DNA of 64,000 nucleotides, taken from assembly GCF_037042905.1 (NCBI RefSeq), contig NC_087251.1, positions 21,268,001 through 21,332,000 of the forward strand, given 5' to 3'. The notes below the pieces were generated by a model. That model did not search any database and was not told the origin of the DNA. It saw only the letters and a program-made list of their open reading frames with translations. Below, piece by piece: positions 1 to 13,915 of this stretch (positions are counted from its first letter, which is position 1; each line of letters starts with the position of its first letter). Made by a program: the position numbers and the translations under genes. This DNA is from Lytechinus pictus. Lineage: Eukaryota.

Positions 1-893
1 TTGGCACTCCTTATTGTACCAACCCCTAAGGTTCAAATTTGAACCTTCTTAGTGTTTTCATCAAACCATTTCAAGGTTGAATGACTAGACCTTATTTGCC
101 TTTGATTAGTATTCTCAATGCACTCATGGATAGAATTCATTTTTACACAGTTCTGAAAAAAGCCAGTGAAACTGTCCCAACACCCCTGTCAAATATATTT
201 GACAAAATCTGTAATGATTAAATATTTTTTTAAAGAAGGAACTTCAGTTGTTTATTCAAAATGTAAATATGAATTCATTCTCATCTGTTACTATTAAAAA
301 TTTTGTATTCACTTTCCTAACAGTTGAACCACACAAACGATGAGAAGAGGTAGAAATAAAGAGGGGGATTGCAACTGGAAGGAGATGGAAGTCCAGACAC
401 TCTGCCACTGTGTGCCATTGAACAAGAAATATATTTTAGTATGAAGGTGAGTTTTTATATAAAGTTGTGTTTATTGAATATTCTACTTGTAAATACAAGT
501 ATACTGTACGGTAATATTTATTTTAACTTATTTTATTGTTTTTAAGAGCAGTTGTAAATGTGATGTACTGTTATATATCATTCATTTTCAAATATGAATC
601 TCTTTTACAATTCATCTCATACAATTCATCTCAACAAAGAGACTAACAATGTGAGCTTACAAGCATAAACACAATATAAGTGCATTTAAGAATAAAATAG
701 TGGTAGGAGTAGAAGGGAGAGGTCGCAAGTTGATAACATAAACATGACCTTGACCTCAATTTTGTGTTGTTGTATTTTTTCGCCACATATGAACATTTTC
801 TCCAATGACTTGATTGAAATGAAATATATTCTTACAACCATATAAGGGTATAAAAAATAATATTCGGAGACTATTAACCCATTTTTTATTTTA

Positions 894-1481
894 AGTCCAC
901 CCCAACAAAAAGTTGATTTGAATAAAAAGAGAAAAATTCAACAAGCATAACACTGAAAATTTCATCAAAATCGGATGTAAAATAAGAAAATAATGACATT
1001 TTAAAGTTTTGCTTAATTTCACAAAACAGTTATATGCACATTCTGGTGGGTATGCAAATGAGGTGACTGATGACGTCATCCACTTACTATTTCTTTGGTA
1101 TTTTATAATATGAAATATGGAATATTCAATTTTTCTCCTCATTGTCAAGTGAAAGAACAATTAATTCCTCCCTGAACATGTGGAATGAGCATTGTTTAAT
1201 ACTATATGATCAGTCAAGTTGTTTCTTATTGTCAAATCTATATAAAAAAAAAGAAATATAGTATAATTCAAACAATGAAAAACAAAAGAAATAGTGAGTG
1301 AGGGACATCATCGACTGTCTCGTTTGAGTTGTGCATACAATGTTTTGTGAAAAATAAGCAAAACTTTAAAATGTCATAACTTTCTTATTTTACATCCGAT
1401 TTTGATGACATTTTCAGCGTTTTGCTAGTTTGATTTTTCTCTTTTTATTCAAATCAACATTTTCTGGGGTGGATTTGACCT
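894..1481. mobile_element. Kolobok-like (TTAA) MITE, left end slightly truncated
   Basis: Ends AAGTCCACCCC... and ...GGGGTGGATTTGACCT|TTAA, with ~150 bp imperfect TIRs. Same family as 30892-31825 and the fragment at ~49400-49590. Confidence 0.75.
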
Positions 1482-2187
1482 TTAAATCATATTTATACAG
1501 TCATGATTAAAGGACATGGGACAGGTAACAAGATTACATTGTTTTACAAATTTTAATGTGAATTTATTTTAAAAGTAATAAATTTACATAAAATGTCATT
1601 CTTTTTGCTTCATCTCTTTGTTCGTTTTTTTTTTATTGAATCGGGAGGGGGTGGGGTGTGGTTAAAATATGATTTGCCCCTCAGAACACACTTGTTTCCC
1701 TCCTAAAAATAGTAACTAATATTTGTAGAAAATTGTATGATTGTTTTTTTTATGAACTCTGAATATTTTCCCATAAATTGTCAAATTGGGAAAATAATTG
1801 ATTGAGATGAAGATTTGAAGTAGGAAGGGCGAGAAATTAAAAGAAATTTCATATAAAAGTGAGAAAGATCCAGAGATGCAAAGATTACACTGTATAGGGA
1901 ATAATGAGAGAGAGAGGGGGGGGGGCGAGGTGAAGTAGAACGGGAAAAAAAAAGTACTATAAATGTGAAGGAGTCATTAACAGAGATAGATGTATTGAGA
2001 ATTGGAGAGATAAGTTCCGAGAATGATAGTGGGCCAATCTCAGAGGGAGGATGATAATGAAAGGGGAAAAGAGGATAAAGCATTTTGGGGGGGGGATTAC
2101 ATTTGATGAGAGAGAGATAGAAAGAAAATGGCCAGGTGCTCAAAGATGAAAAAATATAAATGATGGGTGACAGAGGTATTGACATAT

Positions 2188-2625
2188 ATAATGTTACCAT
2201 GGCAACACGATTTCCGACACATGCAAAAAAAATGTCCTGTATTTGTCTTTACCTCGAGACCAATGTGTGAGCCAAATTTCATAAGAATTGGTTGAAAACT
2301 AATCAAGTAGTTGGAACCAATATATTTTTACCCAATTTGGGGCTTATAATATGTTGTAACCATGGCAACACAACTTCCAACACACACAAAATATGTGTCT
2401 CTCACACCTTTACCTCTCACTCAATGTGTGAACCAAATTCCAAGAGAATTGGTTGAAAATTGATGAAGAAATTAAAACTGAAAGTATTTTACCAATTTTT
2501 TGTCATATAATATGCCGTTACCATGGCAACATGATTTCTAACACACAAAATAGGTTTGGGGGCTAAGGGAAGCAATCGCCAACACCGGACTTGAAGACAT
2601 CCAATGTGTGTACCAAATTTCTTGT
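2188..2625. repeat. Degenerate ~165 bp tandem units with CCATGGCAAC motif (repeat remnant)
   Basis: GTTACCATGGCAACAC-like and CAATGTGTGAnCCAAATTTC motifs each recur about 3 times. Confidence 0.55.
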
Positions 2626-3799
2626 TTAATCACATCTGAATTAAGCACAAAAGGGGCGATTCTAGACTGAAAGTCAAAGTTATTATCATTATTTCGGGAT
2701 GGAGGGGTGGTGCTTGAAAAACATGTGACGTTGATATATTAAATTATAATATAATTCTAAGGAAAATGTCCTATCCTAAAAAATTAAGCACAATAACTTT
2801 TATGCTTAGGCCTAGCTTTGCTTATAAAAATAAGGGAAATATTTACGATAATTATTTTCTTTAATATTGAAAGAATACATCTTAGGCTATCCAATGACAC
2901 AAAAATTATTTGGAAACTCCAAGTAAAACTCAAAATATCATCAAATTACAAAGGGCATAATTATAAAAAAATAATCCTAAAATTTCCCTTAAGTCACTTA
3001 TTGCAGAAAGCCGCAGTTTATGTCTTGATTTTAATCACGACATAAATTTATGTCATTCAAATGGATTTATGTCATGATGTTATGTCGTGATTTATGACAT
3101 AAAGCTTTATGCAACGGATTTATGTCAATATTTGTGTTTATGTCATGATTTATGCTGTATGACATAAATCGTGACATAAATCATGACATAAATCAATACA
3201 TAAACTTTTTTGCAACAGGGCCCAGATATCAATAAAAGAACATCAAAAATAGTAGCAAAGTAAAAAGGGGGATTTTACATTAAAATGTATCCATGAAAGG
3301 ACCAATTTATAAAATTTCAAATTTAATGATTGAATAAAAACACGTCTTATATGTATTAAACAGCTGTTCAAGATTTTCTTATTTGAGGAAGATAATTCAT
3401 TTTTCTCTGCATTCCATAATAAAGATATTCCCCATGGCATCATAATTGGTTATATGTACTGCAAGAACAATGATTCATGTGAAAAACCTTTGAATTGATG
3501 AAAACACTGACATTTTTGAAATTTCATGAAATAAAATAATGAATAAAATTTCAGTATTTCTAGTTTATGAACTACAAGTAAAAATCAATACAAAAGACTA
3601 CCTGTACTCATGAAAATGGATGTTTTTATTCTAATTTCACCTTCATTAAATTTCTGTTACGATGTGCTTCGTTTTATTGTATTCAATCCATCTAAACTAT
3701 GTATTGAAATTGACACTGGCTCTTCAGATAAAAGTGACCATATGAAGTTTACTTCATGAACCCTAACATTGTTGGCTCAATTGAGGAACATATTTTAGT

Positions 3800-4560
3800 A
3801 GTTTGCTGCCCTCTTGCATCATATTCATGAAGACTGAGAGACAAGACAAGGCCAGCTTTCTTCGAATGTGGAATTCTATGCATTTATTTCCTTTGTAACT
3901 TTAAGTATGGTACGGATTTATTCTTTGGTTGTTTTTTTTACAAAAGTCAAACAGAGTCATAGATTTGACCAAAATGTTGATAATAACAAATTCACTTTTC
4001 ATTTGTCGTCAAAAAGTCTTGCACTTTTCCTCCAGACTTTTATCAATATTCAATAAACTATTAGAGCTTCTGCAACATTTCCATTTGTTCGACCCTAAAA
4101 CTCTTAAGTCTTTTTTGGCATCTTTCACACATAATACCTCTTGCTATTAAAGGTTGGGCCATCTAAGATCTCCATGCACATGATCTCCCATGGACACATT
4201 CTCTCACCATCACACTAATTTACTTTCAGTCTCTTTCCATTATGTCTCCCTAATGTTCAAACATACAAAAGGTACTTGAATATCATGACCTAATGATATT
4301 GTGAGTAATAACTACATTTTTAAACTGTCACAATCTGTCAATCAATGTTACACAGCTTCTCCCAATATAAATTCCCTCTGGCAGACATGTTTAGCTTTAA
4401 AATTCTCAGTCAATATTGTAACTTCTGTGAAAATATCATTAGTTTTGTTCATTAGTTTTGAAATCAGTTACATAGGTCACATCAATGCTTTCATCCATAC
4501 CAAGTTTGCAGATTTACAATTTGGCAATGGTTTGAACGACTTCAATATTGTAAAACAACT
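3800..4560 (-). pseudogene. Possible highly decayed LINE (RTE-like) reverse transcriptase fragment
   Basis: Hand translation gives broken motifs resembling KAFD, G.LKVN and INA.E.R. Many stops and frameshifts. Confidence 0.25.
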
Positions 4561-4696
4561 GTTGGTGCTTCTGTAGTCACACACTTTTGAAGATTGGGTT
4601 AACAGAAATATTGGGACTTCCATCACAAATGTAAAAAAAAAGAACATTAAAAAAAATCAAAATAGATAGCTTGATTTGAGCAAGATTAGAACTTAA

Positions 4697-5516
4697 ACAA
4701 GAGTGCCGCTAAGGCGGGCACATAATACGCCCGCCTATAACGCAGAAAATGGAGTTATTGGTCAAGCAAGAAAAGTGAAAAGAGGCGACTTCACCTTTGA
4801 CCTTAAACTCATTAGAATTGCTGGAATCTATGCTAGTATCATACACACCAAATTATATGAGCCTCGGTTAAGTTCAACTAAAGTTATCGTGTGAACAAGG
4901 ACTTCAGAAGGGTAAGATGAAAATATGTCACTGTGATCTTGACCTTTGACCTATTGACCTCAAAATCAATAGGCTTCCTGAGATCCATGCTAGTAGCATA
5001 CACACCAAATTATATGAGCCTAGGTTAAGATGACAACACGTCATTGCGACCTTTGGACCTAAAAATTGATAGACTTCCTGGGATCCATGCTAGTATCATA
5101 CACACCAAATATTATGAGCCTAGGTTGAGTTAAACTGAAGTTATCACATTTACAAGGACTTCAGAAGGGTATGAAAACATGTCAATGTGACCTTGACCTT
5201 TGACCTTTTGACCTCAAAATCGTTAGGCTTCCCGGGATTCATGTTAGTATCATACACACCAAATTATATGAGCCTAGATTTTGTTATACTGAAGTTATCG
5301 CGTTTACAAGAACTGCAGAAGGGTAAGATGAAAATATGTCACTGTGACCTTGACCTTTGATCTCAAGATCAATAGGCTTCCTGGGATTCATGCTAGTATC
5401 ATACACACCAAATTATATGAGCCTAGGTTAAGTTAAACTTAAGTTATCGCGTTTACAAGGACTTCAGAAGGGTAAGATGAAAACATGTCACACGTCGCGT
5501 CAAGGACAGGCGTATA
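4697..5516. mobile_element. Helentron/pearl-type non-autonomous element, family B
   Basis: Starts ACAAGAGTGCCGCTAAGGCG...ATACGCCCG and ends GACAGGCGTATA. About five ~150 bp internal units. Related copies at 30314 and 34137. Confidence 0.75.
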
Positions 5517-6037
5517 ATAAAATCTAAATCTAAATCTATAAAAATTAATGGAAATTGAGAAAATGAGACTATTGGTGCCAAATCATAAATGGAACACATA
5601 TTGCCTTGCTGTGAAACTGAATTTTGATGAGTTTTGATTTAAAAAAGAAACTTATATATATATATATACATATAAATATAAATATCAAACTTGGAATGGG
5701 TTTATTTGGGTTTGGGGTATGCTAAACTTTGACAAAAATAAACTTCACATGACTTTTGATGTTGGATGTCTTGGAACCAATATATAGCAGATTCACCCTC
5801 TTTTCAAATTTGTCTTGAATAACTGTAATACAACAATCTATAGAAGACAATGAACTACATGTACTCCCATCTTGGATTTTCCTTACATCCTAAAGTTGGA
5901 TTAAAATTTACTCATCCTCTATTCTCAAGGCAAGGTAAATTATAGGAAACAAAACAAAACTAAACTTAAAAAATCTGGGCATCAAAGGCAGAAAGCATAA
6001 AATGTGAATAATAAAACTATTGAAACTGAATACTTAC

Positions 6038-6085
6038 CAGCATTTTCTCAGACATTTCACACTGATACAAGGTGCCAATTTCATC
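6038..6085 (-). CDS. NDUFAF5: NDUFAF5 coding exon 5 (48 nt, DEIGTLYQCEMSEKML)
   Basis: ttag|GAT...CTG|gtaagt, phase 0/0. Resembles human ETIGKFFQADIAENAL (recalled). Confidence 0.9.
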
Positions 6086-6389
6086 CTAAGGGAATTTAAA
6101 TGAAACAAAAAAGGAAATATGAATGAATAAGCCTGTCTTTATTGTTATGAAAGAGAAACAATATATATTGACACAAAAATCATGATTTTGGTATTCCTGA
6201 AGAGTGTATAAAAATCTGTAAGATATGACACACATAGAGGCTACACAATTAATACCCGAGTAGTAGTTGCAGCAGCTATAATGATAAAGACAGTAATAGT
6301 TACGTAATTTACACAGTGCTTTATATTGTGACTGCAATAAATCACTTTTAACTGGATCAAGCATGTGACAAAGACCCACTTCCACGAGG

Positions 6390-7800
6390 CAGGAAAACCA
6401 TTAGGCCCTCTGTCAAACGAGATGGCTTTGTCATCTTCCAGCCAGCATGTATAAGTACTGAATATCTATGAAGCAGTGCAGGAGATGGCAACCTCCAGCA
6501 CATTGGACAGCACATCTAAAGGCAAATGGACTGTTTGATAGATTTTAGAAAGGAACAATTCTACTGGCCAAAACTATGGTGGCTTTGGCTAATCCAATAG
6601 CCGTCCCTTAACGAATAACTGAACAGTGCCTGTCAAGCTCAGTCTTCAAATCTGGTAAGTTTAATGAAGATTCTTCTCTTATATGCTGCTAGCACGCAAG
6701 ATTGCTGTGCCAAAAAACATGGCATTTGTTTAAAAGACTGATGGAGGAGTGGTTTGGTAACATGGTTTGGTAACATAATTTCAACTATATTTTTGCTATA
6801 CGGTGCATTTTACTCTTTATTAAAGAATACAGCATAATTTTGATGAAGACTGATTTATCAATCAAAGATTTGACAGAATATTCAATGTTTCATTTTCACT
6901 TTTCAGGTATGATGGCAGCCACAGAAATCTGCTTGGAGCAGCTGATGTTGTAGAAGACTGAAGAAAACTTCCAAGATGAGTTTGGAGGAGCTTCTGCCAA
7001 GATTGAGGCTTATGACCTTGATCCCCTTGATCGGCCGAAAAAAGAAAATGCCCTCAGAGGCTGGGAGGCCAAGCAAATGATTTACATCACAACAAACTCA
7101 AAGAGCTTTACAGACAGCAATTCTTTCATTTCCTTGGCCACCTGATGAGAGAGATGGAAGAAAGATTTGAAGTAGCATCAAACAAAGACCTAATAATAAT
7201 AATAATAATGTCATATTTCACCCAGGGCAGCCACTTCAGTGCTGAAAACTGTTCTACCAGAGGGCCCTGCTTAACATGATAAAGTTATTATTACCCCGGC
7301 TTTAGCACGGCTACCTTGATCAGGCGCTTGAGCATTTAAGGAATTTCTTCCTACCGGTTACCCATTCACCTCACCAGGGTCGAGTGCAGCACATTGTGGA
7401 TAAATTTCTTGAAGGAAAACATGCAATGGCTAGCATTTGAAGCCATGACCCTCTGTTTGAAAGGCAACCTGGCAACTTATGTTGAGCTTGAACGTGTTCT
7501 TGTGACTGGCATGATTGAGGGGCACTAAGAAGCAATCATCAAACATTATCTAGAATTGACAAGAAACCCTCTCTGGTTACAATGGCAGATGTTCCAGCAA
7601 AACAACAAAAGCTTCATAGTACTGTCTATGATGCCAAGATCGCTTTCCAGAAGATCTGCATTCCGAGGTGCAAGCCCTTTTCCCACATGTCAAGGCTCTT
7701 GTGAGACTATTTTTGGTTCAAGCATGTGTGAATGGAGATTTTGGGGTCTTCAACGACTGAAGTCATGGCTTCAGAAGTATGACACAATTAACAAAGGAAC
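6390..7800 (+). pseudogene. Decayed hAT-family transposase (C-terminal half including dimerisation domain)
   Basis: SSMCEWRFWGLQRLKSWL (ORF 7556-7852) resembles the hAT motif S..ERSFS.LKR.K.WLR. Upstream fragments ANGLFDRF and RPKKRKCPQRL. Frameshifts, stops, and an inserted SINE. Confidence 0.6.
7192..7465 (-). mobile_element. SINE fragment with (AAT)n tail inserted in the hAT remnant
   Basis: (AAT)6 tail. Core CTACCGGTtACCCA...GTGTGGAT is shared with 10308-10521. Confidence 0.55.
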
Positions 7801-8127
7801 AAAATACGAAGAATATGCCACAGGCTACTGCACAAAACTTACTGTCCAATAAGGTACCATATTGAACAGTCTAATGCGCAAAAAAATACAATGCGTACAA
7901 CAATGAATACAATAGGATGCAAAGCATAGAGCGCAATTATAACATCATCCTGAACTACTTATAGGGACAATATTCCACTCATCTTCGATTCATGGAATAT
8001 TGGCCCTAACTCGTATCTCTGGTATTCCATTCTGTGCCACCCAATATAAAATAAATATTACACACTGATGGTTAAAAAAAATGTTGAGGAAATATTAAAA
8101 ATGCAGTTGAATTTTTCACTTACATGT

Positions 8128-9465
8128 GGGCAGGTCCAAGCTATTGTCCCCTCTGAAGCCAAAATTAAATCTTTGCCTAAATCTAACATATTGTATGTCA
8201 TTTTAAAGCTTATACTCTGAAGGTTTTTGCCCTATATTTTTTTTTCTTCTGAAAATGTAAAGTTAATGAATGCCAAGGTCACGATTCCAAGAAATCATTT
8301 ATTAGTGTGACGTACGGGACATCACATTTTTTGATCTGCAGATAATGCAAATTATATATTTGAAAATATTTCTGTGGGGACTTGTAGTGCTAAGTTAATG
8401 CAAACATTTGAGAAAAAAAATTATTTTGAAAATTAATTAATTAAGTTAATTATCTGGTGTCCAACAGGCAGTGTCCCGTACATCACAATTTAGCATATGT
8501 TTTTTTAGATTCTAATTATGGAAAAGTTGAACAGTTTTCTTCACACCTTGGAGAGTTCTAATTTATATTACTATACATCCAAAACTTAAAGTGAATTTAC
8601 TGAATCAATTGCATGTTTAATTATATCAGCTAATTAAGCTTTGTGACGTACGGGACAAATGTGTGACGTACGGGACACACCATACTTTATACATAGGATT
8701 TCTATGTAATTCGAATTAGGGTTATTTTTCAATTAGGAGCAAAGATGAAGTAAATTGAGATAAATGATATTATTTAAGTGGTTGAATATTGGTAAAAGGC
8801 TGATAATAAAGTTATGATTTGTAATAAATAACAAGGGTGCATATATTAGCATACTTGTAAACATATGTTATTAATTAAATATATCATAATTATAAGGTCA
8901 TTAAGTTTTTTTGTGTTTTGTTTAATCATATACTATAATAGAAATATATATCAATCATAATAATCCATGTAAAACTTACTTACTTTGGTTTTCATCCAGT
9001 TAATTGTAAGTTTTGATGAAATTTCACTTTCCCCATTCGTTTTACACATGGACAAATGTCCCGTACGTCACAGCGCGAATGTTTATATTTTGAGCTATTA
9101 CATAATAACAACAATGCGTTCTATCATTTCATCATGGCTAATGAAACTTGATAAGATACAAGATGAAAACATGATAATGAGAGATTTCCAGCTTATTCCA
9201 ATTCACAGAGTTTTAATGACAAACTTTTTTTCAAAAAAATCAGCTTTTGTCTGGTCCCGTACGTCACAGCGCATATTAATTAAAATATTACATCGTTAAT
9301 GGAATTGTAGATCACTAATTTTTTTACTGAATAAAGAGGGCACAACTGGCCTTCCAAAATCCATAAAAGATTCTCTGTTGTGCATTTATTCTTTATGTTA
9401 CACAACTTTAAAGTCTCTAAATGTCCCGTACAGTACGTCACAAGTCAAATAGCTTGGACCTGCCC
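8128..9465. mobile_element. Non-autonomous DNA transposon, Sola2-like (GGG termini, 4-bp TSD ATGT)
   Basis: Perfect 18-bp TIR GGGCAGGTCCAAGCTATT. ATGT at 8124-8127 and 9466-9469. Internal motif TGTGACGTACGGGACA occurs ~7 times in both orientations. Confidence 0.8.
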
Positions 9466-10307
9466 ATGTATAAAGCATTTAAAAACCTGTTTTGGGGTTA
9501 AAACCATCTCAGAAATGATGGTAAGAGTGATCAAGTACAAAAAGTGATATACATAATAAGTTGTCATCTAACTAATTGTAATTTGTCTGTCATTTCATAG
9601 ATTAAGAAGAAAACACTGCCAACCAAGATAGATTTTAGAAAGAAGAAACATTATTAAGTTGTATGCATTATGCTTAATTAACAGATCACTTTATATGGTA
9701 CTGACAATTTTTTTTTTTTTGTCTTTCTTTTGTATGATTTATATTAGGCATACCAGTACTTGTAACATAAATTAGAATTTTGAAAATTATTTTAGTACAC
9801 TGCAATAATGAATTAATTTCCAAGAAAACTAAAGAATTTAGCATGCATATCAACCACTACAAAATATTTCAACTTATGATTTTCAGCAAGGGTCATTTTG
9901 AAAGCTCCCCATCCTCAAAAATATTTCCTCAAAAATATTTGAGTCAGTCATCTCCCCCCCCCCCCCCCATCCATGAATACAGATCGACACCATTGCATTC
10001 GATATTCCACTCACATCATCTGAAGACATGTTCAGTAAAATTGATCGAATACTAGTATAATAACATATCAGCCATTGCTCTCTCAGCAATGCCCCAGTCA
10101 CATGGAATGTGCAAACTTCTCTGCATACATATTCACATAGAGCGTGCAATGAAACGCTCAAGAGCGCCCCACAGCGTTGGGTAAGTATACATTTGTCAGC
10201 CTTCGCATATCGCCATTTTAATTTTAGGCTGTGTACAAAACATATGAGGGAAATGGTGAAGGGGTAGAGGAATAGAAGATTTTTACATTTTAAGATTTTG
10301 TTTCTTA

Positions 10308-10521
10308 ATAATAAAAATAATTTGCATTTATATAGCGCTTTATGAATCTACGACTGTTCAAAGCGCTTCACAATTATTATTACCCGATCACTGGATTCAT
10401 AGCATTCCAAGCACCCTGTTAGGCGCACACTTGCTAAACCAACCACAATGACGGTTGTTTCCTACCGGTACCCAATTAGCACCTGGGTGAGAGTGGCAAA
10501 GTGTGGATTGACGCCTTGCCA
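10308..10521 (-). mobile_element. SINE 3' part with L2-type tail
   Basis: Reverse complement of the L2-type end AAGCGCTATATAAAT. Core shared with 7192-7465 and 27160-27262. Confidence 0.6.
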
Positions 10522-10623
10522 TGTGTGTAATATGTGATAGCTTAGCACTTGCCAGCTATCAAATGCTTTTTTCATACAAGCAATTGTTTGCTTTTGTACA
10601 TACAGCTTATCATCTCAACTCAC

Positions 10624-10687
10624 CTCAGTTAAGTAGTTAGCCATTAAACCTCTCCCACAGCCAAGATCTACAGCTACTGGAAACTTT
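10624..10687 (-). CDS. NDUFAF5: NDUFAF5 coding exon 4 (64 nt, KFPVAVDLGCGRGLMANYLTE; SAM-binding motif I)
   Basis: ttttgcag|A...GAG|gtgag, phase 2/0. Contains the DLGCGRG motif. Confidence 0.95.
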
Positions 10688-10871
10688 CTGCAAAATAAGA
10701 AAAGACAACATATATTAATCAAAATTAATACGTGAAAGGGACATAAGTCTATTTCTCAATGATTTTTTAAAATTAAAGATGGATCTCTTTTAGCTAAGTT
10801 AATGTAGCATACACTATTTTTTTTTCAACCTGCCATACAAGAAAATTGCATCAATTGACTAAAAACAATAC

Positions 10872-11745
10872 ACAAGTGGAGCGCCTCTGGCAGTCTCACC
10901 TGCATCACGCGATTCAATATAGCAGCAGAGCTGACTTTGAAAACTACTATAAAATAATTATTCACAAAAACAGCATTTATATAATGATACAATACTACTT
11001 CATTGACAATAAATGACATTTGACCTTGATCATGCAACCCAAGACTTGTCAGTAATACTTGATTACCCCTATATCCACATTTTATAAACTAAATCTATAA
11101 ACTTTGAAAGTTATGACAGCAATCTAATAATTACCTCTAAAATGGCCAAAGTTCATTGACCTTAAATGACCTTTGACCTTGATTGTGTGACCTGAAACTT
11201 ACACAGGATGTGTAGTGATACTTGATTACTCTTATGTCCAAGTTTCATGAATCAGATCCATAACATTTTAAAGTTATGATGGTAATTCAACAAATACCCC
11301 CAATTTGACCAAAGTTCATTGACCCTAAATGACCTTTGACCTTGGTCATGTGACTCAAAACTCAGGCAGGATGTTCAGTAATATTTGATTAACCTTAAGT
11401 CCAAGTTTCATGAACTAGGTCCATATGTTTTCTAAGTTATGATGACATTTCAAAAACTTAACCTTAAGGTTAAGAGTTTGATGTTGATTCCCCCAACATG
11501 GTCAAGTTCATTGACCCTAAATGACCTTTGACCTTGGTCATGTGACTCAAAACTCAGGCAGGATGTTCAGTAATACTTGATTAACCTTATGGCAAAGTTT
11601 CATGAACTAGGTCCATTACTTTAATTCTAAGTTATGCTATCATTTCAAAAACTTAACCTTCGGTTAAGATTTGGCGTTGACGCCGCTGCCGCCACCGTCG
11701 GAAAAGCGGCGCCTATAGTCTCACTCTGCTTCGCAGGTGAGACAA
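10872..11745. mobile_element. Helentron/pearl-type non-autonomous element, family A
   Basis: 5' ACAAGTGGAGCGCCTCTGGCAGTCTCACCTGC. Subterminal IR GTCTCACCTGC/GCAGGTGAGAC, terminal stem-loop, (GCC)n tract and 160-190 bp internal units. Confidence 0.8.
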
Positions 11746-12104
11746 AAATGGAAATGAGTTCAAAGCCTTCTTTTATAAACATCACCCAGTATTCATATTA
11801 GTCTATAAATTTGAAATGTCATAGTTCCACTGAGGCACAATTTGCTATGAACATACATGAAGGTCAATTCACCATGATGAAGATATAGTTTGAAATGGGC
11901 TTTGGCATAGGCTAAGCAGAAATTAAAGTAAAATAGATTACAATTGGCAACTGCTTTATGTACTATAAGAAATATGTATTATCATTTTCAATACTATTAA
12001 TTCATTACCTATTGATAATCATTATAGTTCTACTTCAAGATTAATATGATTTTGAAGACACTAAATTATTACATGCTAGTTCTTATGATCTCTTCGTTAT
12101 TTAC

Positions 12105-12145
12105 CTTGTCACATCTCTAATTCTGTCCACCATTCGATAAGCTAT
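12105..12145 (-). CDS. NDUFAF5: NDUFAF5 coding exon 3 (41 nt, IAYRMVDRIRDVTR)
   Basis: ttcatcag|ATA...AG|gtaaat, phase 0/2. Resembles human VGSRIADRVYDIPR (recalled). Confidence 0.93.
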
Positions 12146-13277
12146 CTGATGAAAAAAAAAAGTGTACATTTGAATTTAGGTTACTTCAATGACCCCACAA
12201 AGGGAAGGAACAACAAGGGTTTAAGTTCAATTTAAAAAAGAAAAATTATTTGTTTGGGAGTAGAACGTCATATTTTTCCATAATATCAAACACAGCTAGC
12301 AATTTTTTTTTTTCAATTAAAATCTCATTTGTTTTGTAGTTCCACAATAAGTTTATCAAATGCATACATTTTGTATCAAAGGAAACAAAATTGATTCACA
12401 TCACATCAAGTAGTTAAGATTGATTGATAATCTCCACATTTAATCTCCCTTAGATAAGTAATTGGGAATCAGCTTCTAACTCTCCTTCATTTATCATATT
12501 TGTGACTTTGATCAAAGGGTCATACATGTACCAGGGGTATTTCATAAATATTTAGTTGTATGATTTCTTTATAGATCTGGCATATTCACAGCACTCAAAA
12601 TTTAAATATTATGAAACAAATTGAGTTCATTCAATAGCACACCACTAAAATATATGTACTTTATGAAATTTAGTTACCACAAATATTTGGATATCAAGTA
12701 AACTTCACAAATTTCAAAGAGCATAGTTTAGGCCTGTTGTTCTGAACTAGATAAGAGCCATGTTGGTCAGTGATATTAGTTTTAGTATTTGAGAGAGGTA
12801 CATGTATTAACGACTCACGTATCCATACATAAGTGCTGTATGAGCACTTACTTTATTTCTAGCTCTTTGTCCTTTCATTATTCTGTTTTTTTTTAAAGAT
12901 TTTAAGAAAATATCAATTTCATTGAATTTCCATGAGAATTGTTGACAAATTGCTTTACCTCCAATTTTAATTTAGAACTCTTTGAAATAAATTGACATTA
13001 AACAAAAAAAAAGTCAAATACAAGTAAAATAAAGTCAACCAATCAAAATTACAAACTCTGATTATTATCATTAATTATTCAAATGCATTCGAAAGACAAA
13101 TCAAACCTTACTATCTATTTTAGTCATGTACTGCAAATCTAATCTATTTCATTATTATCTTACTTTTGCCATCTTAAGTCAAAGCTATTGAACTCAAATC
13201 AGATTTATATTAGGCAAGGTTGGGAATAAAAAACTGTATGAGGAGAAGGTTTAAGGTCAGATAATAGGTTTAATTAC

Positions 13278-13915
13278 TTCATCTTTGATGTAGTCATACA
13301 CCTCTACATCTTTTGCCATTGCAGCCCTGTCCCTCTGTTTCCTCTTAGTCTTGCGATCAAAGACATTCATCACACTCTCCCCTCTAGCTGGATGACAGAG
13401 ATATGAAGAGGTTGACAGGTTTCTCTCCAATGATCTTCTTGTGACAAACATGTTCCTTTGGTCTCGAAACAATTGTTGATATCTTGAAAGATGCCGAATT
13501 CCACATTCAGATGCCAGGTGTTTTGGATCGATCTTTTTTCTATGAGAGCAAAGGTAATCATTTACCATCCTCATCATTCTAGAAACCTTTTGGCTAAATG
13601 ATGGAGGAGCAAGAAGACTCCTGAGGGAAGTTCTTTGTCTATGGGTGCCTTGGTGATTATACATGGTGTCCGTCCCAGGGCTCTCTAAAGTCCTGATGCC
13701 TAAACGCTTTTCTTTTAGAAAGTGTTGATATCCTGATGCTAATAAGCTTCTTTTCCCTCCGACTTTCTGTTTTGTTTGAAGAAGACATGAAGTCTTTCCT
13801 TTCCAAGCTGATCCTGCTAGAGAGGTCCTGGTCTGAAATGATGCCGAGAGGACACCAGACCAATACTGGCAATTATGGAACATGGCTGACTTTCCTGTTT
13901 TACGGAAGCTCAATC
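13278..13915 (-). CDS. NDUFAF5: NDUFAF5 coding exon 2 (638 nt; long basic N-terminal region then MNVFDRKTKRKQRDRAA...YDYIKDE)
   Basis: Lies within ORF 13257..14000. ttttatttcacag|GA...GAA|gtaatt. The C-terminal 31 aa match the NDUFAF5 N.FDR..KRKQ...DY..EE motif. Confidence 0.88.

Noticed and set aside
324..446. Exon-like segment (ttcctaacag ... AAG|gtgagt) on the + strand
   Set aside because: Stops in all three frames and no recognisable protein.
1781..2200. 139-aa minus-strand ORF
   Set aside because: Comes from a purine-rich low-complexity tract and has no recognisable domain.
1..6030. Next NDUFAF5 exon (expected ...DEE.LPF...FDLV.S.L)
   Set aside because: Not found by eye on the minus strand. 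Presumed to lie beyond the window, though it could have been missed.
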